From an uncultured Rikenellaceae bacterium (GTDB lineage: Bacteria; Bacteroidota; Bacteroidia; Bacteroidales; VadinHA17): a stretch of 64,000 nt of DNA. Below the pieces are notes generated by a model. The model had not been told where the DNA came from. It saw nothing but the letters and a program-made list of their open reading frames with translations, and made no database searches. The translations under genes were made by a program, and so were the position numbers. Shown here piece after piece: positions 29,416 to 38,344 of the stretch; positions within the stretch are counted from its first letter, which is position 1, and the number at the start of each line of letters is the position of its first letter. The stretch spans positions 8,079-72,078 of the forward strand of contig CAYSXP010000006.1 of the NCBI GenBank assembly GCA_964435015.1, in the 5' to 3' direction.

Positions 29416-30405
29416 ATGAGAGTCGGAATTACATATGATCTGCGATCATGGTATCTTGACCGCGGATATTCCATGGAGGATACCGCAGAATTTGACAAGC
29501 AGGAAACAATTGATGCAATTGACAATGCACTTGTGCGCATGGGTTTTGAGACGGAACAGATCGGCAATTGTTTTCAGCTTATCGGTGCTCTTTCATCGGA
29601 TAAGCGGTGGGATATGGTCTTTAACATTTCAGAGGGCCTCTACGGCGACGGGCGCGAATCAGCCGTACCCGCTGTCCTCGATCAGTACAGAATCCCTTAT
29701 GTGTTCAGCGGACCAGTGGTACTTGGCGTCGCGCTCAACAAGCACCTTAGCCGTCTTATTGTATCAGCCGCAGGGGTGCCGGTAAGCCCTGGCGCTCTTG
29801 TATCACGCCCCGAAGATGTTGAGAAATGCAATCTCCGGTATCCCATGTTCATAAAACCGGTTTCTGAAGGAACAGGTAAGGGCATTACTGAAAAAAGCCT
29901 TGTGAGATCGCAGAAGGAACTCAGGGAAAGGGCCGAATTCATCTTGTCGCGGTTTAATCAGCCGGCGCTTGTCGAGGAATATCTGCCGGGAAGGGAGTTT
30001 ACAGTCGGGATTGTCGGCTCTGGCAATAACGCTGTTGCAATTGGCGGGATGGAGATAGAGTGCAGGAATAACCTGCCCTATTCTGTTGAAACCAAGGAAA
30101 ATTATCAGATGCTGTGCAAATACACTCCCGTTGCAACAGAGTATGAAGAAGAATGCAGGACCGTTGCCCTCAGTGCATGGAATGCCATTGGGGGAGTTGA
30201 TGGAGGAAGGGTTGATCTCAGGATCGACATAAACGGCAGGATGTGTTTCATAGAAGTGAACCCTCTTGCAGGCCTCCATCCCGTTCATTCAGACCTTCCC
30301 ATTCTTGCAAATATGAGCGGAATTAATTTCCAGTCGTTGATTGAAATGATAGTGATTTCAGCTTTAAAAAGGCATAATCTGAAATTGCCGGCGCCGCACA
30401 AATAA
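29416..30405 (+). CDS. ATP-grasp ligase, D-alanine--D-alanine ligase family (paralog 1)
   Basis: 329 aa from the ATG at 29416, 10 nt after the KamA stop. ATP-grasp C-terminal signature GGRVDLRIDINGRMCFIEVNPLAGL, and FIKPVSEGTGKGI. Confidence 0.8.
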   Translation: MRVGITYDLRSWYLDRGYSMEDTAEFDKQETIDAIDNALVRMGFETEQIGNCFQLIGALSSDKRWDMVFNISEGLYGDGRESAVPAVLDQYRIPYVFSGPVVLGVALNKHLSRLIVSAAGVPVSPGALVSRPEDVEKCNLRYPMFIKPVSEGTGKGITEKSLVRSQKELRERAEFILSRFNQPALVEEYLPGREFTVGIVGSGNNAVAIGGMEIECRNNLPYSVETKENYQMLCKYTPVATEYEEECRTVALSAWNAIGGVDGGRVDLRIDINGRMCFIEVNPLAGLHPVHSDLPILANMSGINFQSLIEMIVISALKRHNLKLPAPHK

Positions 30406-30491
30406 GGGAATAATCAACATCCGGATTAACATTTGAACATACGGATAATCTGACTTTCCGGGCTAATCGTTAAAAGCAGAATAATTTGCGA

Positions 30492-31463
30492 ATGAAGAAG
30501 AAAGTTTGCTGCATACTTTTTAATCAGCCGGGGAAGCATGCCCTGCCTGATGAACTCGATGTATTGAATCAGGTCGATTACGTAGGGGAGAACCTTGAAA
30601 AGCTTGGTATCGAATCATACCGGAAAGGTGTCACGGGTGATTTCATGCATGAGATCTCCATGATTGCCGGCGAGCGGCCCGATTTCGTATTCAACCTGGT
30701 GGAGTCGGTCGGCAACAAGGGAGAGTTATGCTATTTCATACCGGCCCTGCTTGGCATGCATTCCGTTCCATATACCGGAAACCCCGTGGAGGCAATGTTT
30801 ATCACCACAAGCAAGGCACTTTCCACTCAGATAATGGAGAAGGAAGGTATCAAAACACCGGCAACATTTTTCCCTTCGCAGTTCAGAAAGCTTGAACCGG
30901 GTAAAAGGTATATCATCAAACCTGTCTGGGAAGATGGCTCCCAGGGCATAACAGTTGATTCTGTCTTTACCTACTCGCCCGGATATGAAAACAACTTTGA
31001 GGAAAAAAATGATTCCCACTGGATCATCCAGGAGTATGTCGACGGAAGGGAATTCAACATCAGTGTTTTATCGGGAGCGGGCGGCCCGGAGGTTATGCCG
31101 CCGGCTGAAATGATCTTTCATGGTTATGATGAAGACATGCCTAAAATAGTCGATTTCAGGGCTAAATGGATCGAAGAAAGCTTTGAATACAGGAACACCA
31201 TAAGGGAATTTCCGGATTTGAAGCCTGATTCATTGCTAAAACAAAAGATCGACGAAACAGCTCTGAGGTGTTGGAATGTTTTCGGACTCAGGGGCTATGC
31301 CAGGGTTGACCTGAGAGTAGACGCGGCCGGCAATCCGCTGGTTATAGAAGTGAACGCAAATCCATGCATTTCGCCCGACAGCGGGCTGGTGGCAGCAACA
31401 ATGGAAGCAGGCATGGAGATGACTGAAGTGCTGTCCAGAATTATCAGCGACCTAAACAAATAA
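30492..31463 (+). CDS. ATP-grasp ligase, D-alanine--D-alanine ligase family (paralog 2)
   Basis: About 323 aa. Motifs YIIKPVWEDGSQGI and GYARVDLRVDAAGNPLVIEVNANPCIS. Confidence 0.8.
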   Translation: MKKKVCCILFNQPGKHALPDELDVLNQVDYVGENLEKLGIESYRKGVTGDFMHEISMIAGERPDFVFNLVESVGNKGELCYFIPALLGMHSVPYTGNPVEAMFITTSKALSTQIMEKEGIKTPATFFPSQFRKLEPGKRYIIKPVWEDGSQGITVDSVFTYSPGYENNFEEKNDSHWIIQEYVDGREFNISVLSGAGGPEVMPPAEMIFHGYDEDMPKIVDFRAKWIEESFEYRNTIREFPDLKPDSLLKQKIDETALRCWNVFGLRGYARVDLRVDAAGNPLVIEVNANPCISPDSGLVAATMEAGMEMTEVLSRIISDLNK

Positions 31464-31470
31464 GATATTC

Positions 31471-31950
31471 ATGAGTGTGGTAGTTAAGGGAATAGAGAAG
31501 CAGGAAATTAAAGCGATCGAGGAAATTCTGCGTTCCACGGATTTCTTTTATGAATTTGAAATTCAGACTGCTCTCGGTATTGCAAATGAAACCCTGGCCC
31601 AGGGTTCGGAAGAGTCGGGATACTACTGGATGAAGATAAGCACCGACGATGGCCTGAAGGCATTTGCCAATTACGGAAAGAACGTATTTTCAACCCATTC
31701 CTGGGATTTATACTGGATTGCCGTGCATGGAAACTCACGAAACAGCAAATACGGCTCGGTCCTTCTCGGGGCTGTGGAAAAAGATGTAAAGGAAAAAGGG
31801 GGCAGGATCCTGTGGGTTGAAACTTCCGGGAGGCCGCTTTATGCACCGACAGAAGCTTTCTACCTGAAAAACGGTTATGAACTTCAGGCGACACTCAGGG
31901 ATTTTTATGGCCCGGGCGATCCAAAAAGGATTTATTCCAAAACTCTTTGA
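31471..31950 (+). CDS. Small GNAT-family N-acetyltransferase
   Basis: 159 aa. GNAT core WIAVHGNSRNSKYGSVLLGAVEKDVKEKGG...FYLKNGY. Starts 7 nt after the ATP-grasp 2 stop. Confidence 0.75.
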   Translation: MSVVVKGIEKQEIKAIEEILRSTDFFYEFEIQTALGIANETLAQGSEESGYYWMKISTDDGLKAFANYGKNVFSTHSWDLYWIAVHGNSRNSKYGSVLLGAVEKDVKEKGGRILWVETSGRPLYAPTEAFYLKNGYELQATLRDFYGPGDPKRIYSKTL

Positions 31951-31997
31951 CGGCTCGCTGTTTTGGTTGTCTGATAATTGATATAACAATTTAAGGA

Positions 31998-32366
31998 ATG
32001 AGAGGTCTGAACGCGATATTATTGCTGGTATTATCGAATGCCTTTATGACTGTGGCATGGTATGGACATCTGCGGTTTAAAACATTGCCCGGGTTCACCA
32101 ATCTGAGTCTTCTGACAATAATTCTTCTCAGCTGGTTTATTGCTCTTTTCGAATATTCACTGCAGGTTCCTGCAAACAGAATCGGTTTTGAAGGTAACGG
32201 AGGTCCGTTTTCGCTTGTGGAACTTAAGGTTATTCAGGAGGTTATATCCATCCTGATTTTTACTTCCTTTACACTTGTGGTGTTTAAAAGTGAACATTTC
32301 CGTCTGAATCATCTCATTGCCTTTGTATTTCTTATTCTCGCCGTTTATTTTGTCTTCAAGAAATAA
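31998..32366 (+). CDS. DMT-superfamily small membrane protein (DUF486-like)
   Basis: 122 aa with 4 transmembrane segments. The N-terminus LLLVLSNAFMTVAWYGHLRF is typical of DUF486/DMT half-transporters. Confidence 0.7.
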   Translation: MRGLNAILLLVLSNAFMTVAWYGHLRFKTLPGFTNLSLLTIILLSWFIALFEYSLQVPANRIGFEGNGGPFSLVELKVIQEVISILIFTSFTLVVFKSEHFRLNHLIAFVFLILAVYFVFKK

Positions 32367-32371
32367 AAGCT

Positions 32372-32818
32372 TCAAATGAGATTGGAATTGTAGTAATCAG
32401 GGTTGCCGGTTACCTCTTCCCCAAGCCAGTCGGGTTTTTCAAACTGATCGCTTTCGGTCTCCAGTTCAATTTCAGCTAAAATGAGCCCCTCATGTTTTCC
32501 GTGGAATACATCCACTTCATAGGTATGTCCTCCCCACGGTATGCTGTACCTCGATTTAATTATCCTTTCCGGAAGACAAACTTCCATCATCTCCTGCGCC
32601 ATTGACAGGGGAAGTTCAAGCTCCCATTCATACCTGGCAAGATTATCGCTGTCTGCCCGGCTCTTTACAGTCAGCAAAGCCTTTTCTCCGTAAATACGCA
32701 GACGTACGGTTCTAAGCGGATCAACGGAAAAATATCCCTGCCTGATATTGACAGCTTCCGGCAGGTTTACATTGAAACCGGGTTTTACAAGGAATTTTCT
32801 TTCAATCTCCTTTCCCAT
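32372..32818 (-). CDS. CYTH-domain protein (triphosphate tunnel metalloenzyme / class IV adenylate cyclase-like)
   Basis: 148 aa. N-terminal EIERKFLV (ExExK) motif and a beta-rich repeat pattern typical of CYTH. Confidence 0.8.
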   Translation of the reverse strand: MGKEIERKFLVKPGFNVNLPEAVNIRQGYFSVDPLRTVRLRIYGEKALLTVKSRADSDNLARYEWELELPLSMAQEMMEVCLPERIIKSRYSIPWGGHTYEVDVFHGKHEGLILAEIELETESDQFEKPDWLGEEVTGNPDYYNSNLI

Positions 32819-33047
32819 AGTTTTCCGGTAAATTTACAACTTCCCTGCTGAAAAGCACTATTTTATTAACATGCCATGGTTAGTAAAATTGATGAAAAAC
32901 ATTGGGAAAATACCTTCAGGGCATTTATTTTTGTTATGGTATCTAATAAGGTTACAGTTAGCAAAATACATATCGGATTTATCCTGGTTGTTTGTCATGG
33001 ATTTTTCTAAGTTTTAGGTTGTGAAGAAATGACGTGACGGTGGAGAA

Positions 33048-33075
33048 GGGCTGGCACTGGAAGCCGGCCCTTTTT
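33048..33075 (+). terminator. Intrinsic-terminator-like hairpin (8-bp GC-rich stem, 7-nt loop, T5 tail) 28 nt upstream of the ung ATG
   Basis: GGGCTGGC-ACTGGAA-GCCGGCCC-TTTTT. No plus-strand gene ends nearby. Confidence 0.4.
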
Positions 33076-33102
33076 ATGTTGGTTTTGATAATCCTGCATG
33101 AA

Positions 33103-33768
33103 ATGGATGTACGAATTGAAGAAGGCTGGAAATTAAGGTTAAATGCTGAGTTCGGGAAGGCTTACTTTGAAAAGCTGACCCGGTTTGTGCGCGATGAATA
33201 CAGGAATGCAGTTGTTTATCCTCCGGGAGCCCTTATTTTCAATGCTTTTAATCTTTGTCCGTTCGACAGGGTCAAAGTCGCAATACTGGGGCAGGATCCG
33301 TATCACGGACCAGGGCAGGCTCATGGATTATGCTTCTCGGTTCGCGACGGGGTTGGATTTCCTCCCAGTCTTGTCAATATTTTCAAGGAGATCGGCTCTG
33401 ACCTGGGTATTGACCCACTGCCATCGGGGAATCTTGAAAGGTGGGCCTCACAGGGGGTGTTGCTGCTTAATGCCACCCTGACCGTAAGGGCGCATGAGGC
33501 CGGTTCTCATCAGAGAAAGGGATGGGAAGAATTTACGGATTGCGTGATAAAGGTCCTTAATGATGAAAGGAAGAATCTGGTTTTTTTTCTATGGGGAGCC
33601 TATGCACAGAAAAAAGGAGAATCCATTGATACGGGAAAGCACCTGGTTCTTAAATCAGTTCATCCATCGCCCCTTTCTGCCCAAAGGGGATTTTTCGGGA
33701 ACAGGCATTTCAGCAAATGCAATGAATACCTTAATATGAACGGGATTACCCCTGTCGACTGGGCATGA
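33103..33768 (+). CDS. ung: Uracil-DNA glycosylase
   Basis: [18 protein letters not shown] and HPSPLS motifs. The ATG at 33103 gives the canonical length of about 221 aa. Confidence 0.95.
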   Translation: MDVRIEEGWKLRLNAEFGKAYFEKLTRFVRDEYRNAVVYPPGALIFNAFNLCPFDRVKVAILGQDPYHGPGQAHGLCFSVRDGVGFPPSLVNIFKEIGSDLGIDPLPSGNLERWASQGVLLLNATLTVRAHEAGSHQRKGWEEFTDCVIKVLNDERKNLVFFLWGAYAQKKGESIDTGKHLVLKSVHPSPLSAQRGFFGNRHFSKCNEYLNMNGITPVDWA

Positions 33769-33875
33769 AACCCGGGGCATTCCTGACTGTCCGCGGTTCA
33801 GGACCTCACTGAGCCCCCGCCTTTCCCGGTTTTCCGGAAGCCTGCGCCACTGTCAACAGGTTCTGGGGGGAACAC

Positions 33876-34664
33876 TTACCTCACGTGATATTCCTGGATT
33901 TTGCTGAGGCAGTCGGACGGGACCCATCCTTTATTGCCGTCGGACAATCTGATTTCGTACCATTGGCCAACCTCATCCTCTATCGTAACCTTCGATCCTT
34001 CGTGAAGTATAAAAAGGTCTGTCCCGCTCGCATCGGGAGAGCTTTTCCCGTTTACCGACGGGGAAAAGACAATAGCTGAACGGTTGTCATAAACCAGCGT
34101 CCTGTTCCTGATGGAAAACGACAGGGAACAGGCTGAAAGGGCAAATAAACAGAGGGCGACCCAGAAACTTGTGACCTTCAGCCGGTAGGAGGAGGAATAA
34201 AGGTAGACGGAAGAGAATATAAGGGCAGCAATGAAAGCGGAAAGGCTTAATATGGCCCATTTATTGGTTGCAAGAAGCAGTGAGACAAAGTCAAACCACC
34301 TGACAAAAAACAATCCCGGGATCGCTTCGAACTTGTCGATAACCATCGATCTGGCAATCTGAAGGTTATATTCAATATTGTCATCTCCGGGCTTAAGAAG
34401 CCTGGCCCTTTCATAAAAGAGGATTGCTCCGGGAACATTGTTCAGCTTGAAGCAGGCATTGCCGATATTGTAGTTCAGGGCTGCCGATCTGTAGCCGGTA
34501 TTGTAGATATCCATCCATGTGTCGAGAGCTTCCATAAAGTTTGCCGCCTTGTAGTATTCAACTCCCCTGCTGAATTTCCCTGACGGCAGTTCCTGTGCAG
34601 GAACAGGTCTGATCCCCGCCAGGAAAACAGCCATTGCAATCAGTATCTTTTTCAAATGTTTCAT
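33876..34664 (-). CDS. batE: BatE-like TPR + SH3 domain protein (aerotolerance operon)
   Basis: Signal peptide from the ATG at 34664, TPR region, transmembrane segments and a C-terminal SH3-like sequence (WYEIRLSDGNKGWV). Last gene of the Bat operon. Confidence 0.7.
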   Translation of the reverse strand: MKHLKKILIAMAVFLAGIRPVPAQELPSGKFSRGVEYYKAANFMEALDTWMDIYNTGYRSAALNYNIGNACFKLNNVPGAILFYERARLLKPGDDNIEYNLQIARSMVIDKFEAIPGLFFVRWFDFVSLLLATNKWAILSLSAFIAALIFSSVYLYSSSYRLKVTSFWVALCLFALSACSLSFSIRNRTLVYDNRSAIVFSPSVNGKSSPDASGTDLFILHEGSKVTIEDEVGQWYEIRLSDGNKGWVPSDCLSKIQEYHVR

Positions 34665-34665
34665 G

Positions 34666-36486
34666 TCAGCGTGACAGGTTTTCCACATAACTTATAAAAT
34701 CAGAAGCATCATCAAATAACCTGGCTGCCTCCGCATCTGAAGAAGAGGGAGAATAGCGTGCAAATTCACATGCATCAAGCACGGAAACCAGCCTGATAAT
34801 CTGTTCTTCGCCAATACCCCTCTCCCTGAGTGATTCAACGGCACGGTTCCTCGACAGATCAGCTGCCGGGATGTTAAGCTTATCGCTCAGGTAGCCCCAT
34901 ATTGCCTTAAGGATCTCATCATAGAACCTGTCGGGCGGCCCCTCCTTCAGACAGGCTTTTGCTGCCTTCAGTCTTTTTCCCGCAACCCTGGCAGCTTTCC
35001 TGTTGCGGACCATGGCAATATCCGAATTCCTTCTCACATGCTCCCTCCTTGCAAAGAGAATTGCGAGAAACAAAACTAGAGCTGCTGCATAAACGGTATA
35101 GAATGCCCGTTTTGACGACAGAATATTCACCGGCTTTCTGAGTGTTCCGGGATTCTGATCAATGAACCGGATATCCTTTCCGAGGTATTTGACATCTTCC
35201 TTTGATACTCCGCCGTAAACTGCTATTCCGGTACCGGGCTGATCGCTCTTCGCAGCATAAAAACGGAGCCCGGGGGTTGTAACCCTTTCGTATCTTTTTG
35301 TTGAAACGTCAAAATAAGAGTATGATACAGGGGGTATGGAATACTCTCCGTGATGCCGGGGGATCAGAAGGTATTCGAAGGTCTTTTTTCCGGTGGTCCC
35401 GTCAGTTGTATTTTTGAGGTCGTCGGATATTTTAGGGTCATAAACTTCCACATCAGGGGGTAATTTCAGCTCCGGAGCATTTGCCAGCCTCAGGTTTCCG
35501 CTTCCCGACAGGGTTATTTTGAGATTTACTGCGTCGTTAACTCTTACAGAGTCCTTGTCAAGAGAAGCTGCAAGGGTCAGCTTGCCGGCGATACCTGAAA
35601 AATCAGCGGGTTTTGCCCCGGGCAGAGGCCTGGACTTTATTTTAACGGCAGGGCTGGCAACTACTCTTGGGACGGTTGTATAGGTGGCGAAAAAGTCGCC
35701 GAAGAACGGATCGGACCTTCCGGATTTCTGTTGAACAAGAACCTTGATCTGAGCGGGATCGATTGTTATTTCGCCAGAAACCTGGGGGTAAATCAGGAAC
35801 TGCTGAATAATACCGGTTCCGTAAATCGTTCCGTTAACATTCTCGCGCTGCAGTGAGGTGAGTGGCGGAGTGTTAAGGTCTGTCCTCAGAAAACCTTCAA
35901 ACCCGGGATATTTTATTTCGCTGATCCCTGAAATATCAACTTTTGTGTAGATTTTCACCGTGGCAACGATATGTTCACCGATATAAACCTCCTTTTTATT
36001 CACCGACAGATTCAGAAAAATATCATCTTTCGCTTCCCTGACAGGTTCACTGATTTCATTTCCGGAAGTTCCGGGAGTGCTGCTTCCCTGGCGGCTGGCC
36101 CCGGTTCCTGTTACTTCTATCCTTATGGAATCCGAACTGTAGGTCCGGTTTTTGTATATGAAAGCTGCAGGAGGCAGGACAAAGACACCGGGATTGAGGG
36201 CCTGCAAAAAATATGCATATGAATAAGTGGTTTCCCTGGATATTTTGCCGTTTATGATTTGAGTGCTTGAACTATAGGAAGTCTGTGGCCCCATCAGCTT
36301 ATAGAATCCGTCGAACGATGGCGGAACAAATTCTCCGCCCCCGGAATTGATTGTCCACGTGATTGTGAATTGTTCCCCTGTGCTTACCACGGAAGGATAG
36401 TCTGCAGTGACAGAGATATCCTGACCCTGAATATTCAGATGCAGGCAAATTAATAAGAAAGGTAATATCAACCTGTGTAATTTCAT
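34666..36486 (-). CDS. batD: BatD-like oxygen-tolerance protein
   Basis: 606 aa with a signal peptide, repeated beta-rich domains and a C-terminal transmembrane segment plus tail. Its operon position matches Bacteroides batD. Confidence 0.7.
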   Translation of the reverse strand: MKLHRLILPFLLICLHLNIQGQDISVTADYPSVVSTGEQFTITWTINSGGGEFVPPSFDGFYKLMGPQTSYSSSTQIINGKISRETTYSYAYFLQALNPGVFVLPPAAFIYKNRTYSSDSIRIEVTGTGASRQGSSTPGTSGNEISEPVREAKDDIFLNLSVNKKEVYIGEHIVATVKIYTKVDISGISEIKYPGFEGFLRTDLNTPPLTSLQRENVNGTIYGTGIIQQFLIYPQVSGEITIDPAQIKVLVQQKSGRSDPFFGDFFATYTTVPRVVASPAVKIKSRPLPGAKPADFSGIAGKLTLAASLDKDSVRVNDAVNLKITLSGSGNLRLANAPELKLPPDVEVYDPKISDDLKNTTDGTTGKKTFEYLLIPRHHGEYSIPPVSYSYFDVSTKRYERVTTPGLRFYAAKSDQPGTGIAVYGGVSKEDVKYLGKDIRFIDQNPGTLRKPVNILSSKRAFYTVYAAALVLFLAILFARREHVRRNSDIAMVRNRKAARVAGKRLKAAKACLKEGPPDRFYDEILKAIWGYLSDKLNIPAADLSRNRAVESLRERGIGEEQIIRLVSVLDACEFARYSPSSSDAEAARLFDDASDFISYVENLSR

Positions 36487-36492
36487 TTCCGT

Positions 36493-37281
36493 TTACCAGT
36501 TTTTCAGGGTCTTAACCCTGGTATCAGCAACTTTTGCAAGTTTAACTTTTTCCTGAACATTCTTTTCATCATTTGCAATTGAATTCAGGAGACGTTCAGC
36601 GTCCTCCCTGGAGATTCCCTGTTGTGATTGCTGCTGCTGCTGTTGCTGTTGCTGCTGCTGCTGCTGTTGTTGTTGTTGTTGTTGTTGCTGCTTGTTATTT
36701 TGTTCCTGCTGCTTTTCCTGATCCTTATTGTCGTTCTCCCGGTTCTGTTCTTTTTGCCGGTCCTTGTTCTGGTCCCCGTTTTCCTGTTTATTTTTATCCT
36801 GCTTTTGCTGTTCCTCCTGCTTCCTGAGCAAATCCTGTGCAAAAGCGAGATTATATTTTGCTTCGGGACTTCCGGGCTTCAGCCTCAGGGAATTTTTATA
36901 TGCTTCTATGCTTTCCTGCAGCTTCCCTCCCATCAGAAGTGAATTGCCCTGATTGTAGAATGCCGACGACTTTTTTTCGGGATCATCGGTCATAGCCGAA
37001 TTACCTCCAAACTGTTTGACTGCTTCTTCGTATTTTTCCTGTTTGTAAAGAGCATCGCCTATATTAAAAACGGCATCGGGGAGCATCTTGTTTTTATCAA
37101 GCGCCCTGCGGTAGGAAATCTCTGATTCGGCATATTTATCCTTATCATATTCCCTGTTTCCCTGCCTGATGAATTTTTTCTCAGCCTGCCCCGTTAATGT
37201 CAGGGGAAAAAGGCATAATGAGCAAACAGCAGTTATGACACCATGTTTTATGCAGGAGCTCTTATGTTTTATGATATGCAT
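36493..37281 (-). CDS. batC: BatC-like TPR protein with low-complexity K/Q/E/N region and poly-Gln tract
   Basis: TPR repeats (YNQGNSLLMGGKLQESIEAYKNSLRLKP) and position in the operon. Confidence 0.7.
   Translation of the reverse strand: MHIIKHKSSCIKHGVITAVCSLCLFPLTLTGQAEKKFIRQGNREYDKDKYAESEISYRRALDKNKMLPDAVFNIGDALYKQEKYEEAVKQFGGNSAMTDDPEKKSSAFYNQGNSLLMGGKLQESIEAYKNSLRLKPGSPEAKYNLAFAQDLLRKQEEQQKQDKNKQENGDQNKDRQKEQNRENDNKDQEKQQEQNNKQQQQQQQQQQQQQQQQQQQQQSQQGISREDAERLLNSIANDEKNVQEKVKLAKVADTRVKTLKNW
36619..36690 (-). repeat. CAG/CAA trinucleotide tract encoding Q21-S-Q2 inside batC
   Basis: The plus strand reads (CTG/TTG)n. The translated run of 21 consecutive Gln was counted from the ORF. Confidence 0.9.
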
Positions 37282-37290
37282 GATGCTGTA

Positions 37291-38331
37291 TTATATCTTA
37301 AATTTAAATAATCTGACGTTTGCCAGCCTGCGGTTTTTTCTGTTCATGATTAAAAACTCCAGGAGCAGGAACAAGGCTGATATTCCGGCAAATATCTGGA
37401 ACTGGTCATTGTATTCAGTGTAAATTGTACCTTCCAGTTCTTCCTTCTTCATTTTCCTGATATCGCTGAAGATTTCCTCGAGTCCCAGGCTTGAATTGCT
37501 GGCCCTTACATAACTGCCCCCTGTTCTGAGTGCTATGTTTTTGAGGGTTTCTTCATCCAGTTTGGTTATTACCGTATTGCCTCCTGCATCTTTCAGATAG
37601 TCTTTTCTGCCTCCCGTGCTTATGGGTATTGGTACTCCGCCGGGTGAGCCAATTCCTATCGTATGGATTACTATTCCGGCCCTGGCAGCCTCTTCTGCAG
37701 ACGACAAGGGATCTTTTTCATGATTTTCGCCGTCAGTAATAATTATCATGGCCCTGCTTTTGCCTTCCCCGGGACTGAATGATCTGACACCAAGCTCTAT
37801 TGCGGCTCCTATTGCCGTTCCCTGTTTTGCAACCATATCAGGGGTAATGGCGGAGAGGAACATTTTGGCCGACACGTAATCTGTGGTTACAGGCACCTGG
37901 GTATAGGCATCTCCGGCAAACACAATCAATCCGATCCTGTCATCGGTGAGGTTATCGACAAGTCGTGAGATTGCCTGTTTTGCCCTGATAAGCCTGTTGG
38001 GCTGAATATCCTCAGCCAGCATGGAGTTACTGACATCAAGTGCGATTATGACCTCCACTCCCTGCTTTTTAACCTCTTCAATCCGGGATCCGTATTGCGG
38101 CCGGGCGAGCAGTATCACGGCAGAAGCCACAGCAAGCATCATAATCAGGAACTTGATAAATGACCTGTTCCCTGACATTTCCGGGATAAGTTTATTCACG
38201 AGTGCCGGTGTGCCGATCTTCCTGAGATACCTTTTCCTTCGCAGGCTATTCAGCAGAAAAAGCACAAGCATAGCCGGCAGCATAAGTAAAAGATACAGGT
38301 ACTCGGGGTTGGCAAATCTGAACAACTGCAT
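37291..38331 (-). CDS. batB: BatB-like von Willebrand factor A (VWA) domain membrane protein
   Basis: N-terminal transmembrane segments, a VWA MIDAS motif (ALDVSNSM) and a C-terminal transmembrane segment. 346 aa. Confidence 0.8.
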   Translation of the reverse strand: MQLFRFANPEYLYLLLMLPAMLVLFLLNSLRRKRYLRKIGTPALVNKLIPEMSGNRSFIKFLIMMLAVASAVILLARPQYGSRIEEVKKQGVEVIIALDVSNSMLAEDIQPNRLIRAKQAISRLVDNLTDDRIGLIVFAGDAYTQVPVTTDYVSAKMFLSAITPDMVAKQGTAIGAAIELGVRSFSPGEGKSRAMIIITDGENHEKDPLSSAEEAARAGIVIHTIGIGSPGGVPIPISTGGRKDYLKDAGGNTVITKLDEETLKNIALRTGGSYVRASNSSLGLEEIFSDIRKMKKEELEGTIYTEYNDQFQIFAGISALFLLLEFLIMNRKNRRLANVRLFKFKI

Positions 38332-38344
38332 GATTATCCGGCTT

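Noticed and set aside
36628-36942. 104-aa plus-strand ORF beginning MLLLLLLLLLL...
   Set aside because: It is simply the antisense reading of the CAG/CAA poly-Gln tract and low-complexity linker of batC. There is no independent support for it.
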